From positions 128,001-192,000 of IMG/VR virus record IMGVR_UViG_3300021431_004083: DNA of 64,000 nt, one strand, 5' to 3'. A model generated the notes under the pieces. It had not been told where the DNA came from. It searched no databases and worked only from the letters and a program-made list of their open reading frames with translations. This document shows, one piece after another, positions 20,109 to 30,525 of the stretch. Origin of the DNA: a virus (lineage: Duplodnaviria; Caudoviricetes). The position numbers and the translations under genes are program-made. Each line of letters opens with the position of its first letter. The first letter of the stretch is position 1.

Positions 20109-20819
20109 ATGAAGAAGACAATCAGTATCATGCTTACCGTTCTTATCGTAATGGTAATGCTGGCAACCACCGTCATCAGTAGTGCCGCTGCCACAGAAGA
20201 AGAGCTTGCCGCATACAGACATTGGCTCGGTGAAATCTCAGATGAGGAGTACAACGCATTGGTATCTCCGTCTTATGAGAACACAGACGAAGTCGTAACA
20301 GAGCAGGACGCAGTCCCCATCGAAGCGACAGCGAAGTATAGCGATGTAACCGCAACCTCGAAGAACAGCGACATCGCCGAAGCTGGTGCCGCAAATCAGA
20401 CAAACGATGATACATCAGACACCATCACCGTCGACAACGACAAGAGCGATACCACAGGCAACACTACCAACGATACCGACAAGATTATCGAAAATGACAC
20501 AGACGATATCATCACAAACGACGTCGTGCCTGATAAGACAAATGACGACGATAAGACGACTGGCGATACCGACAAGGTAGAAGACGCAACAGAGCCGTCG
20601 ACAAAAGAAGACACCGTCGTAACGGAGACTACTGCTGAGACTACCGCTTCAACAGAAGCACCGACCGTCCCCGCGACAACCGCTAAGTCCAATACGCTTG
20701 TAAAGACAAATAACCCTAAGACGGGTGACAGCGTATGGATTATCGTAAGCCTGCTCACTGCCGCAGTTCTCGGCGCGAGCGTACTCGTCATCTATCGCAA
20801 GAGGGCGAAGTCTAAGTAA
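20109..20819 (+). CDS. Sortase-anchored T/D-rich surface protein (NPKTG motif)
   Basis: Signal peptide, low-complexity T/D stalk, NPKTGD, TM helix and RKRAKSK tail. Confidence 0.85.
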   Translation: MKKTISIMLTVLIVMVMLATTVISSAAATEEELAAYRHWLGEISDEEYNALVSPSYENTDEVVTEQDAVPIEATAKYSDVTATSKNSDIAEAGAANQTNDDTSDTITVDNDKSDTTGNTTNDTDKIIENDTDDIITNDVVPDKTNDDDKTTGDTDKVEDATEPSTKEDTVVTETTAETTASTEAPTVPATTAKSNTLVKTNNPKTGDSVWIIVSLLTAAVLGASVLVIYRKRAKSK

Positions 20820-20830
20820 ATCACAAAGAG

Positions 20831-20870
20831 AATAGGATTATCGGTATGATACCGATAATCCTATTTTTTT
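20831..20870 (+). terminator. Strong terminator (17-bp perfect inverted repeat)
   Basis: aataggattatcggtat-g-ataccgataatcctatt followed by a T-run. Confidence 0.8.
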
Positions 20871-20896
20871 AGAAAAAAAAGAAAGGTTCTATCACA

Positions 20897-21667
20897 ATGG
20901 AAACAAAAGCCAAGAAAAAACTTTTCATCATTCTATTGCTTTTTGTTGCAGTTAGTGCTATCATCGGAACAGGTTTGATTATAAACAGAGCTTCAGATAT
21001 AAACAAAGCGCGCGAGCAGCAAAACGTGATAAACAAAGCGACGGTAGAAACCGTCGCACCCTCTGATTTTTTAAGTACGAAAGATTACGACGGCACAGAA
21101 GCAAGCTTCGAGCCCTCGTATATCGTCGACTTCGAAAATCTGAAATCAAAGAACAACGACGTTGTTGCATGGATTAAAATAGAAGACACAGAAATCGAAT
21201 ATCCCGTTGTTCAGTCAAACGATAACGATTATTACCTGAACCGCGATATCGACCGAAATGAAAATCAGGCGGGCTGGATTTTTGCGGACTGGGCGAACAA
21301 TATGGAAACACTCGATATGAACACCGTACTCTATGGTCACAACATGAGAGACGGTTCCATGTTCGCGGGCGTCAACCATTTATTGAGCAATATCAACAAT
21401 GAGAATTGCCAAAACCACAAAGTAACATTCGTTACACAAAATCACTATTATGAAGGATACATCTTCTCCATATACGAAGTAGACCCCGATGAAGATTACC
21501 GAACAGCTAATCCCGACGACATCACAGCTTTTACAAGAAAAATACACGAAGCGTCGTGGAGTTCGCTTGAATTGCCCGAATTTGACCGCATATTGACACT
21601 GTCGACATGCGCAAATGTCGGTGACAACAGAACAGCGTGTCACATTGCGCTCAAAGAAATGAGCTAA
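20897..21667 (+). CDS. srtB: Class B sortase
   Basis: N-terminal TM, VAWIKI, YPVVQ, DNDYYL, YGHNM and TLSTC with downstream Arg. Confidence 0.9.
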   Translation: METKAKKKLFIILLLFVAVSAIIGTGLIINRASDINKAREQQNVINKATVETVAPSDFLSTKDYDGTEASFEPSYIVDFENLKSKNNDVVAWIKIEDTEIEYPVVQSNDNDYYLNRDIDRNENQAGWIFADWANNMETLDMNTVLYGHNMRDGSMFAGVNHLLSNINNENCQNHKVTFVTQNHYYEGYIFSIYEVDPDEDYRTANPDDITAFTRKIHEASWSSLELPEFDRILTLSTCANVGDNRTACHIALKEMS

Positions 21668-21689
21668 TAATAACAGAGGAAAAAAGAAA

Positions 21690-22391
21690 ATGAAACAAAC
21701 AACGAAACCGAAAGTCGCGCACGTCGCAGCGCTTATCGTATTCGCGTCAATCAGTATCGGACTGTTGATTTGCGGATATGTCTTCGACGCCTTTAACATC
21801 ATATCAATCGCTGTATACATTGGCATTTCAATCATCGTAGCGTCATTGATTATCGTGACCATCCAAAAAAAGTGGCTACAGAGAAGCCTGTTTTGCGGAT
21901 ATGTACTGATAGTTGCCTTTGTGTGTCTGTCATTCGCTTCCGTATACATGACAGCACAAGCCCACGGAATGTACAAACTCGATACAGGTATGACAAAAAT
22001 GACAGAATACAATAAGCTCACACCGAACGAATCGATTCTGCCTGAAGATTACCATAATCGGTTAATCATTTATTACCGCTACGACTGCAAAGATTGCCAC
22101 GACACATACCATGAGATTTGCGAATATCTCAAGGAGAAAAACGTCGAACCGCTCTGGGTATCAACACGCTCTAAACAGGGAAAAGAACTTATGGAAACGT
22201 ATCCGCCGTCCGAAGTGCCGACAGGCATCGTCGTATGGAAAAACGGTGATAAAAACGAATATATCATTCGTTCTATCGCAATATCCGGCGGCAAAGATGA
22301 CAACGGTAATAAAAATCCGTCAAAGCTTGATACCAACGCTATGGACGACCTGATTGAAATGCTCAAAACAAAGGAGAACCCCCATGAATAA
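21690..22391 (+). CDS. Membrane protein with thioredoxin-like CxxC domain
   Basis: Three N-terminal TM helices; YYRYDCKDC and EVPT (cis-Pro loop). Confidence 0.65.
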   Translation: MKQTTKPKVAHVAALIVFASISIGLLICGYVFDAFNIISIAVYIGISIIVASLIIVTIQKKWLQRSLFCGYVLIVAFVCLSFASVYMTAQAHGMYKLDTGMTKMTEYNKLTPNESILPEDYHNRLIIYYRYDCKDCHDTYHEICEYLKEKNVEPLWVSTRSKQGKELMETYPPSEVPTGIVVWKNGDKNEYIIRSIAISGGKDDNGNKNPSKLDTNAMDDLIEMLKTKENPHE

Positions 22392-23097
22392 AAACCTCGA
22401 CGCATGGATTGACCTTTTGCCGGAAGAAACAGCTCACAAAATGACCGAGTGTCTCGACAAAGTAAACGAGTTAAGAAACAAAGGGAAAATCATATATCCG
22501 CCGACAGAAGAAACCTTCACAGCGCTTGAACTGCTGCACCCTGATAACGTAAAAGTCGTTATATTAGGACAGGACCCTTATCATCAGCCCGGACAGGCGA
22601 GAGGTCTTGCCTTTGCTGTAAAACCCGGCACCGTACCGCCGCCGTCACTGCTGAATATCTATAAAGAACTCACGGATGACATCGGTTGCGATTATCCCAA
22701 AATAGGCAATCTCGCACAATGGGAACATGAAGGCGTCTTATTGCTCAACACAACATTAACGGTAGAACAAGGAAAACCAACGTCACATGCTAACCTCGGA
22801 TGGCAGGAAGTCACCACCGAAATCATCAAAACCATCATGTCAAACGGTCGTGTGACGGTTTTTCTTGCATGGGGCTCTTACGCTATCAATCTCATCAACC
22901 AATGTGCTGAAGAGCTGAAAGCAGAAAATGTTAATTGCCCGTACAACTACGGATTGAAAGCAACACACCCCAGTCCGCTCTCTGCGCACAAGAAAACGAG
23001 AAATGCCGAGGCATTCATCGGCTCAAGACCGTTTTCGAAAGCCAACAGAATATTAACAAAACACGGAGTCGAACCAATCCAATGGGCGCTCCGATAA
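22384..23097 (+). CDS. ung: Uracil-DNA glycosylase (family 1)
   Basis: VILGQDPYH, PPSLLNI, GVLLLN and HPSPLS. Confidence 0.95.
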   Translation: MNKNLDAWIDLLPEETAHKMTECLDKVNELRNKGKIIYPPTEETFTALELLHPDNVKVVILGQDPYHQPGQARGLAFAVKPGTVPPPSLLNIYKELTDDIGCDYPKIGNLAQWEHEGVLLLNTTLTVEQGKPTSHANLGWQEVTTEIIKTIMSNGRVTVFLAWGSYAINLINQCAEELKAENVNCPYNYGLKATHPSPLSAHKKTRNAEAFIGSRPFSKANRILTKHGVEPIQWALR

Positions 23098-23112
23098 AGG
23101 AGTGAACAAACT

Positions 23113-23313
23113 ACGTACCACAAAAAAGAAAAGGAAATAGAAAAACTGGCAGCACTTATCGGGATGGCGATGAACCAACCCAAAGAAACATGCTTATCCG
23201 AAAGCTGCGTTACATGTGTACTGAATAAACGCTGCAATATGGAAACACGCTATGCCTATTTCCTCGTCAAAAACGGCGTAACGCTCAAAAGGAGAGATAC
23301 CCATGACAGATAA
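23113..23313 (+). CDS. Small Cys-rich protein absent from the ORF track (ACG at the start position)
   Basis: RBS aaggag, then ACG and a 66-codon frame (YHKKEKEIEKLAALI...CLSESCVTCVLNKRC...LVKNGVTL) that fills the gap and overlaps the next gene. Confidence 0.5.
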   Translation, partial: TYHKKEKEIEKLAALIGMAMNQPKETCLSESCVTCVLNKRCNMETRYAYFLVKNGVTLKRRDTHDR

Positions 23314-23983
23314 CGAGAAAAAGGTCTTATCCGTACTCATCAAAAAGTTAAAATGTGATTCAGAAAAAGCGAAAACCGTAATCAACGAAAAGAACCTCAT
23401 ACAGGCGAAGCTCCATATCGCCAAATTCTGCGGTCTCCCTGTTCCTCTTGAATTTGAGACAATCGACCTCGATACGCCGCCTTTTTCCGTCGACTTGGTT
23501 CGTTTCATCAACGAAGACGAACCTGTCGCCGATACGGAAAACAAAACGCTGCACCGTCCTTACAACAAAATCATTTGTATCATAAACGCACTGGATGATA
23601 TCCCGCATGATAAAATTCCCGCTGTCAAATGGTTCGAAATATTGTCCTGTTGCGCATACTGCTATCACAAAGATGATATCAACGGAATATTCCGAAGAAA
23701 ATATCAACTGTCTGACAAACAGGCAAATGCGTTTGAAAAACTCATAAAAGAGCTGCGCAAACAAACAACAGAACCTGCCGACATGCCGAAAGTCAAAGGC
23801 ACATGTCTGTACATCGACATCTTTGCCGAAGAAAAAGTAACAAGAAAAGGCATTCTGTTTGAAAATGGTATCATAATGGATATCGAAACCGGCGACTATA
23901 TCGGCGCGGATGAAGCAATCATCAAAACAATCGAACCGAAAAAACACATGACAAACAACAAGGAAGGAAACGAACATGATTAA
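23303..23983 (+). CDS. Hypothetical protein
   Basis: RBS aaggag; operon context. Confidence 0.6.
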   Translation: MTDNEKKVLSVLIKKLKCDSEKAKTVINEKNLIQAKLHIAKFCGLPVPLEFETIDLDTPPFSVDLVRFINEDEPVADTENKTLHRPYNKIICIINALDDIPHDKIPAVKWFEILSCCAYCYHKDDINGIFRRKYQLSDKQANAFEKLIKELRKQTTEPADMPKVKGTCLYIDIFAEEKVTRKGILFENGIIMDIETGDYIGADEAIIKTIEPKKHMTNNKEGNEHD

Positions 23984-24677
23984 AATCATCATCACAGGAC
24001 AGCCTGGAACAGGCAAATCAGAACTCTTTCGTTGTCTGAAAAGAAACGAAGTACCCATACTGAAAATCGACCGTGATAATGCTATCGACCTCAGCACTAT
24101 AGATAAATGCGATACGTTTTTCGATACAGACGTCATCATCTGCGAGCCTGACAGAATTCCCGAGATAACAGCAGAATTTGAAAACACAGCGTTTATCATC
24201 GGAGAAATCGAAAAAACAGATATCGGAGATATCCCGTCGATATCCGATAATGAAACAGCTTACCAAACATACGAGGCAGCAAGAAAAGAAAAAGAAGAAC
24301 AATTTGCCGCGTTCGAAAAAGAAATGGCTGAATTCCATGAAACACAAAAAGTCCCCGAAAACGGAAAATACCTCAAAGGAAATATTCGGGCAACATTCAG
24401 CCTGAACAATGATTATACACAGAAAGCGCTCGGTATCATGACGTCGACAATCATGTGTATGATTAACCGACTGAAGAACCTGACACACGTCATCAACTGT
24501 CTCAACGAAATTGGCGTCATCGACTTCGCGCCATACCCCGCAAACGAATGCGCTATCGAAGTAGCGTTCAGTGAAACGGGTGTATCCCGACTTATGAGCG
24601 ACTATCTGGACACGTATCAAATCACAAAAGATAAAGCTGTAATATTGAAGCGTGTTGACGATAACAAAACGGAGTAA
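23976..24677 (+). CDS. P-loop protein (nucleotide-kinase-like N-terminus)
   Basis: IIITGQPGTGKS at the N-terminus. Confidence 0.55.
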   Translation: MIKIIITGQPGTGKSELFRCLKRNEVPILKIDRDNAIDLSTIDKCDTFFDTDVIICEPDRIPEITAEFENTAFIIGEIEKTDIGDIPSISDNETAYQTYEAARKEKEEQFAAFEKEMAEFHETQKVPENGKYLKGNIRATFSLNNDYTQKALGIMTSTIMCMINRLKNLTHVINCLNEIGVIDFAPYPANECAIEVAFSETGVSRLMSDYLDTYQITKDKAVILKRVDDNKTE

Positions 24678-24680
24678 AAA

Positions 24681-25418
24681 ATGGACAAAATCATCTTGTC
24701 AAACAAAGATATCGAGTTTATCTTTGCATGGAAAGAAAAAAACAAAGATAAAGTGAGAAGCTGCCGCATCCCGCTTAAAGCTCTGAAATTCATTTTCTCC
24801 GAACAGAGCATCGTCATGACCGCTGTTGTCGACGATAAAGAAAATCTGACATTAACAGTCAATCGTTTCGGGAAAAATATCGGAAAAATCAAAGGAAAAA
24901 TTCTGATGGAAGACGAAGGGAGCTTCATCTACATCAACAAAAATACCGTTGATATACTGAAAATCCTATCGCCGCAAACCGCCGCTGAAATAGCGGAAAA
25001 AGCGACAGGTAAACGATATTATACCGAAAAAGATATTCGCGACGCGGCAAACGACTCTTACACAAAAGACCTCATCACATTATATGCGACAACAATGGCC
25101 TTGATGGTTTACGGTGTTGAAGAAATCAATCCTGATAATTTGAAAACAGCAACCAAAAAAGTAAACACCGGAAATCTCAAAAGTAAGAAAAATGCGTCAA
25201 AAAAGAAAAAGGAAAGCATCATCTATATCTTATCAAAGCAAAAACAAACAGGAAAGCCTGTCATAAAAGCAAAAGGTTCTCGTGCAAAACCCGAAACGAG
25301 CTTTGGTGTAAGAGGACACTTCCGTCACTACAAAAACGGAAAAGTCGTATGGATTGACGCTTATGTCAAGAACAAAAAAGAAGGAAAATCCCTAAAAGAC
25401 AAAACGTACAAATTATAA
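24681..25418 (+). CDS. Hypothetical phage-type basic protein
   Basis: C-terminal VRGHFRHYKNGKVVWI motif and Lys-rich linker. Confidence 0.6.
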   Translation: MDKIILSNKDIEFIFAWKEKNKDKVRSCRIPLKALKFIFSEQSIVMTAVVDDKENLTLTVNRFGKNIGKIKGKILMEDEGSFIYINKNTVDILKILSPQTAAEIAEKATGKRYYTEKDIRDAANDSYTKDLITLYATTMALMVYGVEEINPDNLKTATKKVNTGNLKSKKNASKKKKESIIYILSKQKQTGKPVIKAKGSRAKPETSFGVRGHFRHYKNGKVVWIDAYVKNKKEGKSLKDKTYKL

Positions 25419-25466
25419 AAACACAATTCAATTCAAAATGACAACACGAATAACACTAAAGGAGAT

Positions 25467-25492
25467 ATCCGCCCGTAAAGCGACGGGCGGAT
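25467..25492 (+). terminator. GC-rich stem-loop ending the ung operon
   Basis: atccgcccgt-aaagcg-acgggcggat. Confidence 0.5.
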
Positions 25493-25607
25493 GTCATTTG
25501 TGGAGATGAATTTGTGTAAAACTGTGCGAAAGGCTCATGTTATAAGTTCATGAACCATCGACACTGAATCAAAGTAAAAAAAAAAAGAAAGGACGTTCAA
25601 ATCAATT

Positions 25608-26864
25608 ATGAAGTTCAATAACGCGTTTACGGATTTCGTTCGTACATGCCTCAAGGCAAAAACGATTCCTTTCCTACTGGGTGAACCCGGTATCGGAAAA
25701 TCCTCATGGATAGAAACACTGGCAAAAGACATGCACACACGCTGTTTCGTTGTGGCATGTAACCAGCTCGGCGATGTTGCCGACCTGACGGGCGCAAGGC
25801 CCATCAAAGACACTGATGCCGTCACCAATAAGGACGGTACGGTCAGCTACGTAGAGAACGGAGAATGGAAACAGACATTCTTCCCCCATATCACCATTCA
25901 CGACGCCATCAAATATGCGGAAAGCCATCCGCGTGAAACGCCGATTCTGTTCCTTGACGAAATCAACAGAACAACAAGCGACATCACATCGGCGCTGCTG
26001 AGCTTACCGACCGCAAGAAAAATCGGCGACAAAACGCTGCCTCCCAACTTGCAGATCATCATCGCGGGCAACAACAAGGGAAACATCACTGTGCTCGATA
26101 GCGCGTCGATTACCCGATTCGTACCCGTGACCGTTGAGCCCGACGCTTCGACGTTCTTGGCGCTCGACCAGAACCTCAATCCGTTCATCCGCCAAACACT
26201 GGAGGAACACCCCGAATGCATCTTCTGTAAGACACTCATGCAGACAACTGCTGACGATGACGACGACGAAGACGGCGGCGTAGACATTAACGAGATTCTC
26301 GACGACGGCGAACAGATGGAACAGTTCACCACACCGAGAACCATCAGCGCCCTGTCAAGATTCCTCAACGAGTGTCCGCAGGATAAGCTCCTCGAATACA
26401 CACAGTTGATGGACACGCTCACGCCTGAGCCTGTGTGTTATCTCGCGTCTATCATACAGGCATTCACCGGAAAGACGGCATTCTCCGCCTTCCTGCTCGA
26501 AAAGATTCTTTCCTCTGTCATGAACATGTCAGCAACGAATACAAACAACGGTAAAATCGCAAAGCCGCAGTGTTACGACGAACTCAAGCGTCAGACGACC
26601 ATCGACGAGTTGAACAATTATATCAACGGCATGGACAACAGAGAAAGGTCAGGCTGTCTCGCATATGCCCTGTTTGAAAGAGAAGACAACAGTATTATCA
26701 TCAAGGCGCTCGCCGCTGTCACGCCTGCTCTTGAGAGCGAAGACCTGAAAGCCCTCATGAAAGTAGCCGCAAGCGACGACGGTCTCGATGAAGAAAACGC
26801 CAAGACGCTCGCCGACACAGGTACAACGCTGGCGAACACTATCAGCTTATTGTTGAACGTATGA
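25608..26864 (+). CDS. MoxR-like AAA+ ATPase
   Basis: GEPGIGKS, LFLDEINR, IIIAGN, ITRF and TPRT. Confidence 0.85.
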   Translation: MKFNNAFTDFVRTCLKAKTIPFLLGEPGIGKSSWIETLAKDMHTRCFVVACNQLGDVADLTGARPIKDTDAVTNKDGTVSYVENGEWKQTFFPHITIHDAIKYAESHPRETPILFLDEINRTTSDITSALLSLPTARKIGDKTLPPNLQIIIAGNNKGNITVLDSASITRFVPVTVEPDASTFLALDQNLNPFIRQTLEEHPECIFCKTLMQTTADDDDDEDGGVDINEILDDGEQMEQFTTPRTISALSRFLNECPQDKLLEYTQLMDTLTPEPVCYLASIIQAFTGKTAFSAFLLEKILSSVMNMSATNTNNGKIAKPQCYDELKRQTTIDELNNYINGMDNRERSGCLAYALFEREDNSIIIKALAAVTPALESEDLKALMKVAASDDGLDEENAKTLADTGTTLANTISLLLNV

Positions 26865-26906
26865 TAAGCTGTCATACGATAAAAAGAAAGGAGAAATAAC
26901 GTCATC

Positions 26907-28568
26907 ATGATTACGGTAAATAATCAAAAACCGTCTGAACTGTCGCCGTTGATTCAGACAACCATCACAGGCGCGTACAACCCCCGTGATATGCTGAAAA
27001 CAAACATCATCAGCACGTTGTTTCAACCCTTGATTGCGAACCATCCCGTTGAAATCATCGACGGAAAAGGAAACAAACTGACAGAAGATGACGTTACCGA
27101 CTTGGTACTCGATTGCTGCGACGACACGTTAAGCCCGAACGAAGACCTCGTCAAAGAGATTTTCGGAAAAACGCTCGTCGATTATAATCGCCAAAACACA
27201 CTTCTTGTCAAAGACGTGTTTGCGATTCAATCAGCCGATAAAGAAAAGATGAAATATCCGTCGGACATCATCATCTACACACCGGCAACAGACATTATAC
27301 CCGTGTGCAAAAACTACCTCGCGGGAAACGCTTCATACGATGAATTGTTTGCCACCTTCGCCTTCTACACAAGAGCTGACTCATTGGGCATCTACTTCGC
27401 TAACGCCATCGAATTCGATGAATTCAAACAGTTCTTCACGAACAAATGTCAGATTCTCGCGCCGAACCTGACAGCCGATGTCAATCAGCTCTGCGCAGAG
27501 TTCGACAAGCTGACACTAAATGAGTTGACAGAATCGCTCATTCTGCGAAAGGATGTCGCGGATAACAACGAGGACTACTCATTCCCTCGTCTGCTTTCAT
27601 CGGCGCTGTATGAGTTCATCACAACCAACAATAACGGATTGAGCGGTATATTCCCATTCACCCTGTCAGATACGGTATGTCCTAAAACAATGATTTTCAT
27701 TAACTTGGAAAAGCACGCGCATTCTACACCTCAGGCTATCAAAAGAGAATGGCAAATCATCAATTCCAGTTTGAACATACCGATAAAGATGATTTCAGTC
27801 AACAGACTGAACAAGCTCACAGCGACAGCAAGAGCCATTGCGAAAGCACAAGCCTACGCCGTACAAGCAACAAAGCAAACCATACAAAACAACATGCAGG
27901 CCAAACAGGCTCGCATACGGTTTACCGCCAAACCGCCGTCATATCAGGACATGATTTACCGCATCAGTAAAATCATCAAAAAGATGAGTGATGTCAACAA
28001 ATCGCAAAATCCGTATAAGATGACAAAACGGACATTTGCCCGTCCGAACAGACGTGACCCTGAAGACTGCACGCGAAAAGGCAAGTCAACATCAAAACGC
28101 TTCAAGCCCGATATCCATGTCTATATCGACACATCGGGTTCCATCAGCGAAGAGAATTACAAAGAGGCAATTGCGGCGTGCATCGAGCTCGCTCGCAAAT
28201 GCAACGTCAATCTGTATTTCAATTCATTCTCACACATTCTGTCACAGACAACATTATTGCATACCAAAGATAAACCTTCGGCAGCAATCTATAAAGAATT
28301 CGAGAAAACACCAAAAGTAACAGGTTGGACAAACTTCGAACAAATCTGGCACTTCATCAACACAAGCAAAAAGCGAACAAGAGAATTTTCGCTTATCATC
28401 ACCGACTTTGAATGGTGTGCAGGCAACTACTTTGTCAAGCACCCGAAAAACCTGTACTACATTCCCTGCGCCAAAATGGACTGGCAGCGAATGAAAAGAG
28501 AAGCGGAAAAGTTCTGCAAAAGCGCAGAACACAATGACCCCAATATCAGAAAACATCTGTTATTCTGA
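26907..28568 (+). CDS. VWA (MIDAS) domain protein, partner of the AAA ATPase
   Basis: TFARPNRR, YIDTSGSIS (DxSxS), GWTNF and IITD. Confidence 0.8.
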   Translation: MITVNNQKPSELSPLIQTTITGAYNPRDMLKTNIISTLFQPLIANHPVEIIDGKGNKLTEDDVTDLVLDCCDDTLSPNEDLVKEIFGKTLVDYNRQNTLLVKDVFAIQSADKEKMKYPSDIIIYTPATDIIPVCKNYLAGNASYDELFATFAFYTRADSLGIYFANAIEFDEFKQFFTNKCQILAPNLTADVNQLCAEFDKLTLNELTESLILRKDVADNNEDYSFPRLLSSALYEFITTNNNGLSGIFPFTLSDTVCPKTMIFINLEKHAHSTPQAIKREWQIINSSLNIPIKMISVNRLNKLTATARAIAKAQAYAVQATKQTIQNNMQAKQARIRFTAKPPSYQDMIYRISKIIKKMSDVNKSQNPYKMTKRTFARPNRRDPEDCTRKGKSTSKRFKPDIHVYIDTSGSISEENYKEAIAACIELARKCNVNLYFNSFSHILSQTTLLHTKDKPSAAIYKEFEKTPKVTGWTNFEQIWHFINTSKKRTREFSLIITDFEWCAGNYFVKHPKNLYYIPCAKMDWQRMKREAEKFCKSAEHNDPNIRKHLLF

Positions 28569-28624
28569 TATTGGGGAAACCCAATCTATCCGCAAAAGAA
28601 AAAAAGAAGAAAGGAGAGCATGCT

Positions 28625-30466
28625 ATGCCTTTCAAAGATTTCAGCAACACCGCTGACAACGATAACGATAATAACGGTAACAGCGGCGGCGCAGGTATGC
28701 CTATGTTCGTACCGAACAGCAATAGCAATAACAGCGATGACGCTACAGATATGCTCATCAACTATAACGAAAAGTTCAAAACAAACAACAATGCTGTTAT
28801 GTTCCGTGATAACGTCATCAAACAGGTGCTCAGCACGCTGATAGCTTTGACGAAGCCGAATCCCTTACTGATAGGCAGCGCGGGCGTCGGCAAAACAAAA
28901 ATCGCGGAAGCGATTGCTTACGAGCTCGCAAACGACACGCAGCTTGTGCCGAAAATGCTCAAAGGGTATACGATTTACGAATTGCCGTTGGCAAATATCG
29001 TAGCGGGTTCCTCTTTTGTAGGCGACCTTGAGAGCAAAATCAAAAGCGTTATCGAATTCGCGTCTGAACCGAAAAACAAAGTTATTCTGTTCATCGATGA
29101 GATTCATCAGCTGGTCAACAGCAAACAAACCTACGGACAAATTGCCCAGATTCTGAAACCCGCACTCGCAAGAAGCGATATGAAATGTATCGGCGCGACA
29201 ACACTGCAGGAAGCGAACGACCTGATGAATGACCCCGCGCTCAACCGTCGATTCTCAAGAATTATCGTCGATGAGCTTACGAAGGAACAAACCATCGAAG
29301 TGCTCAAGTCACTCAAAGGCACATTCTTCACACATTACGGAAACAGCGTCATTATCAGCGACAATACCATCGCACAATGTGTCGAGCTTGCGACATTCTA
29401 CGCAAAAGCAGGCGCCCATAGACCTGACAACGCCATCACCTTGCTTGACAGAGCAATCGGTGAAGCCGTTATACGCAGACAAATGCTCGAAATAAAGGCG
29501 CAAAACGACCCGCAATTACAACAGGCGCTCGCAGCGACGCCGATGATAAACGTTTCCGAAAAACACCTAAAGCTCACAGCTATCCGACTGATGACAGGCA
29601 ACAACGAAAAGAACGAACTCGACATCAACGCACTCAAAAATAACCTGAGCGTAATCAAAGGACAAGACGAAGCGCTCTCTTCCGTCATCTACAAAATCAA
29701 TGAAAAAGACAAGCTGCCTGACAGTCCCGAGGATGAAAAGCCGCTTGTGTTCATGTTCGCCGGAACCTCCGGTGTGGGCAAAACGGAAACAGCCCGCATT
29801 CTGGCGAAGACAATCACCGATACGCCGCCTATCAAACTCTCAATGGCGGAATTCCATTCCCCCGCGTCAATCAACAGAATCATCGGCTCACCCGCAGGTT
29901 ATATCGGTTCCGACTCTAAAGGCGAGCTTCCGTTCGACAGTCTCGAATCAAACCCTTATCAGGTCATCATCCTTGACGAATTCGAGAAATGCGACACGAG
30001 TGTACAGCGACTGTTCATGGAGGCGTTTGACGAAGGTTTGATGAAAACGGCAAAAGGAAAAGAGATTTCCTTCAAAAAGGCGATTTTCATCGCAACAACA
30101 AACGCAGGCTTCAAAGACATCAACAGAAGCCTCGGTTTCACACAAAACGACCGCAAGCAAACGCTCAGCGACACAATACAGGCGCTCAAACCCTACTTCG
30201 ACCCCGAACTGCTCAATCGCATACAATCGAATGGCGCTATCGTCAGCTTCAACGAGATTTCGAAAGAAACCTTTGTCGAGATTCTCAAAGCGCATTACGC
30301 AAAAGAAGCGGCGCGACTGAAAAAAGCGAACCCGCGTATCAAAATAGCGGATACACTAAGCGACGATGAAGCCGAGACCTTAGCACAGAAAAACTACGTC
30401 CCTGAGTTTGGTGCTCGTCCCGTGAAAGGCGCAATAAAAAACCACATCGCTTCACTTGTATTATAA
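28625..30466 (+). CDS. Two-domain Hsp100/Clp ATPase lacking the N-domain, with ClpP-docking LGF loop
   Basis: GSAGVGKT / FIDEIH / IGATT / RRF / PDNAI (D1); GTSGVGKT / GSPAGYIG / LDEFEK / SLGF / PELLNR / FGARP (D2); ATG 28625 behind aaggag. Confidence 0.88.
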   Translation: MPFKDFSNTADNDNDNNGNSGGAGMPMFVPNSNSNNSDDATDMLINYNEKFKTNNNAVMFRDNVIKQVLSTLIALTKPNPLLIGSAGVGKTKIAEAIAYELANDTQLVPKMLKGYTIYELPLANIVAGSSFVGDLESKIKSVIEFASEPKNKVILFIDEIHQLVNSKQTYGQIAQILKPALARSDMKCIGATTLQEANDLMNDPALNRRFSRIIVDELTKEQTIEVLKSLKGTFFTHYGNSVIISDNTIAQCVELATFYAKAGAHRPDNAITLLDRAIGEAVIRRQMLEIKAQNDPQLQQALAATPMINVSEKHLKLTAIRLMTGNNEKNELDINALKNNLSVIKGQDEALSSVIYKINEKDKLPDSPEDEKPLVFMFAGTSGVGKTETARILAKTITDTPPIKLSMAEFHSPASINRIIGSPAGYIGSDSKGELPFDSLESNPYQVIILDEFEKCDTSVQRLFMEAFDEGLMKTAKGKEISFKKAIFIATTNAGFKDINRSLGFTQNDRKQTLSDTIQALKPYFDPELLNRIQSNGAIVSFNEISKETFVEILKAHYAKEAARLKKANPRIKIADTLSDDEAETLAQKNYVPEFGARPVKGAIKNHIASLVL

Positions 30467-30525
30467 GAAAAAAATAAAAAAGACATCAAAAACTCTGTGA
30501 AAAACAGGGAAAGGAGAAAAGCAAC

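Noticed and set aside
25440-25600. Riboswitch upstream of the AAA operon
   Set aside because: Only one clear hairpin; no recognisable aptamer consensus.
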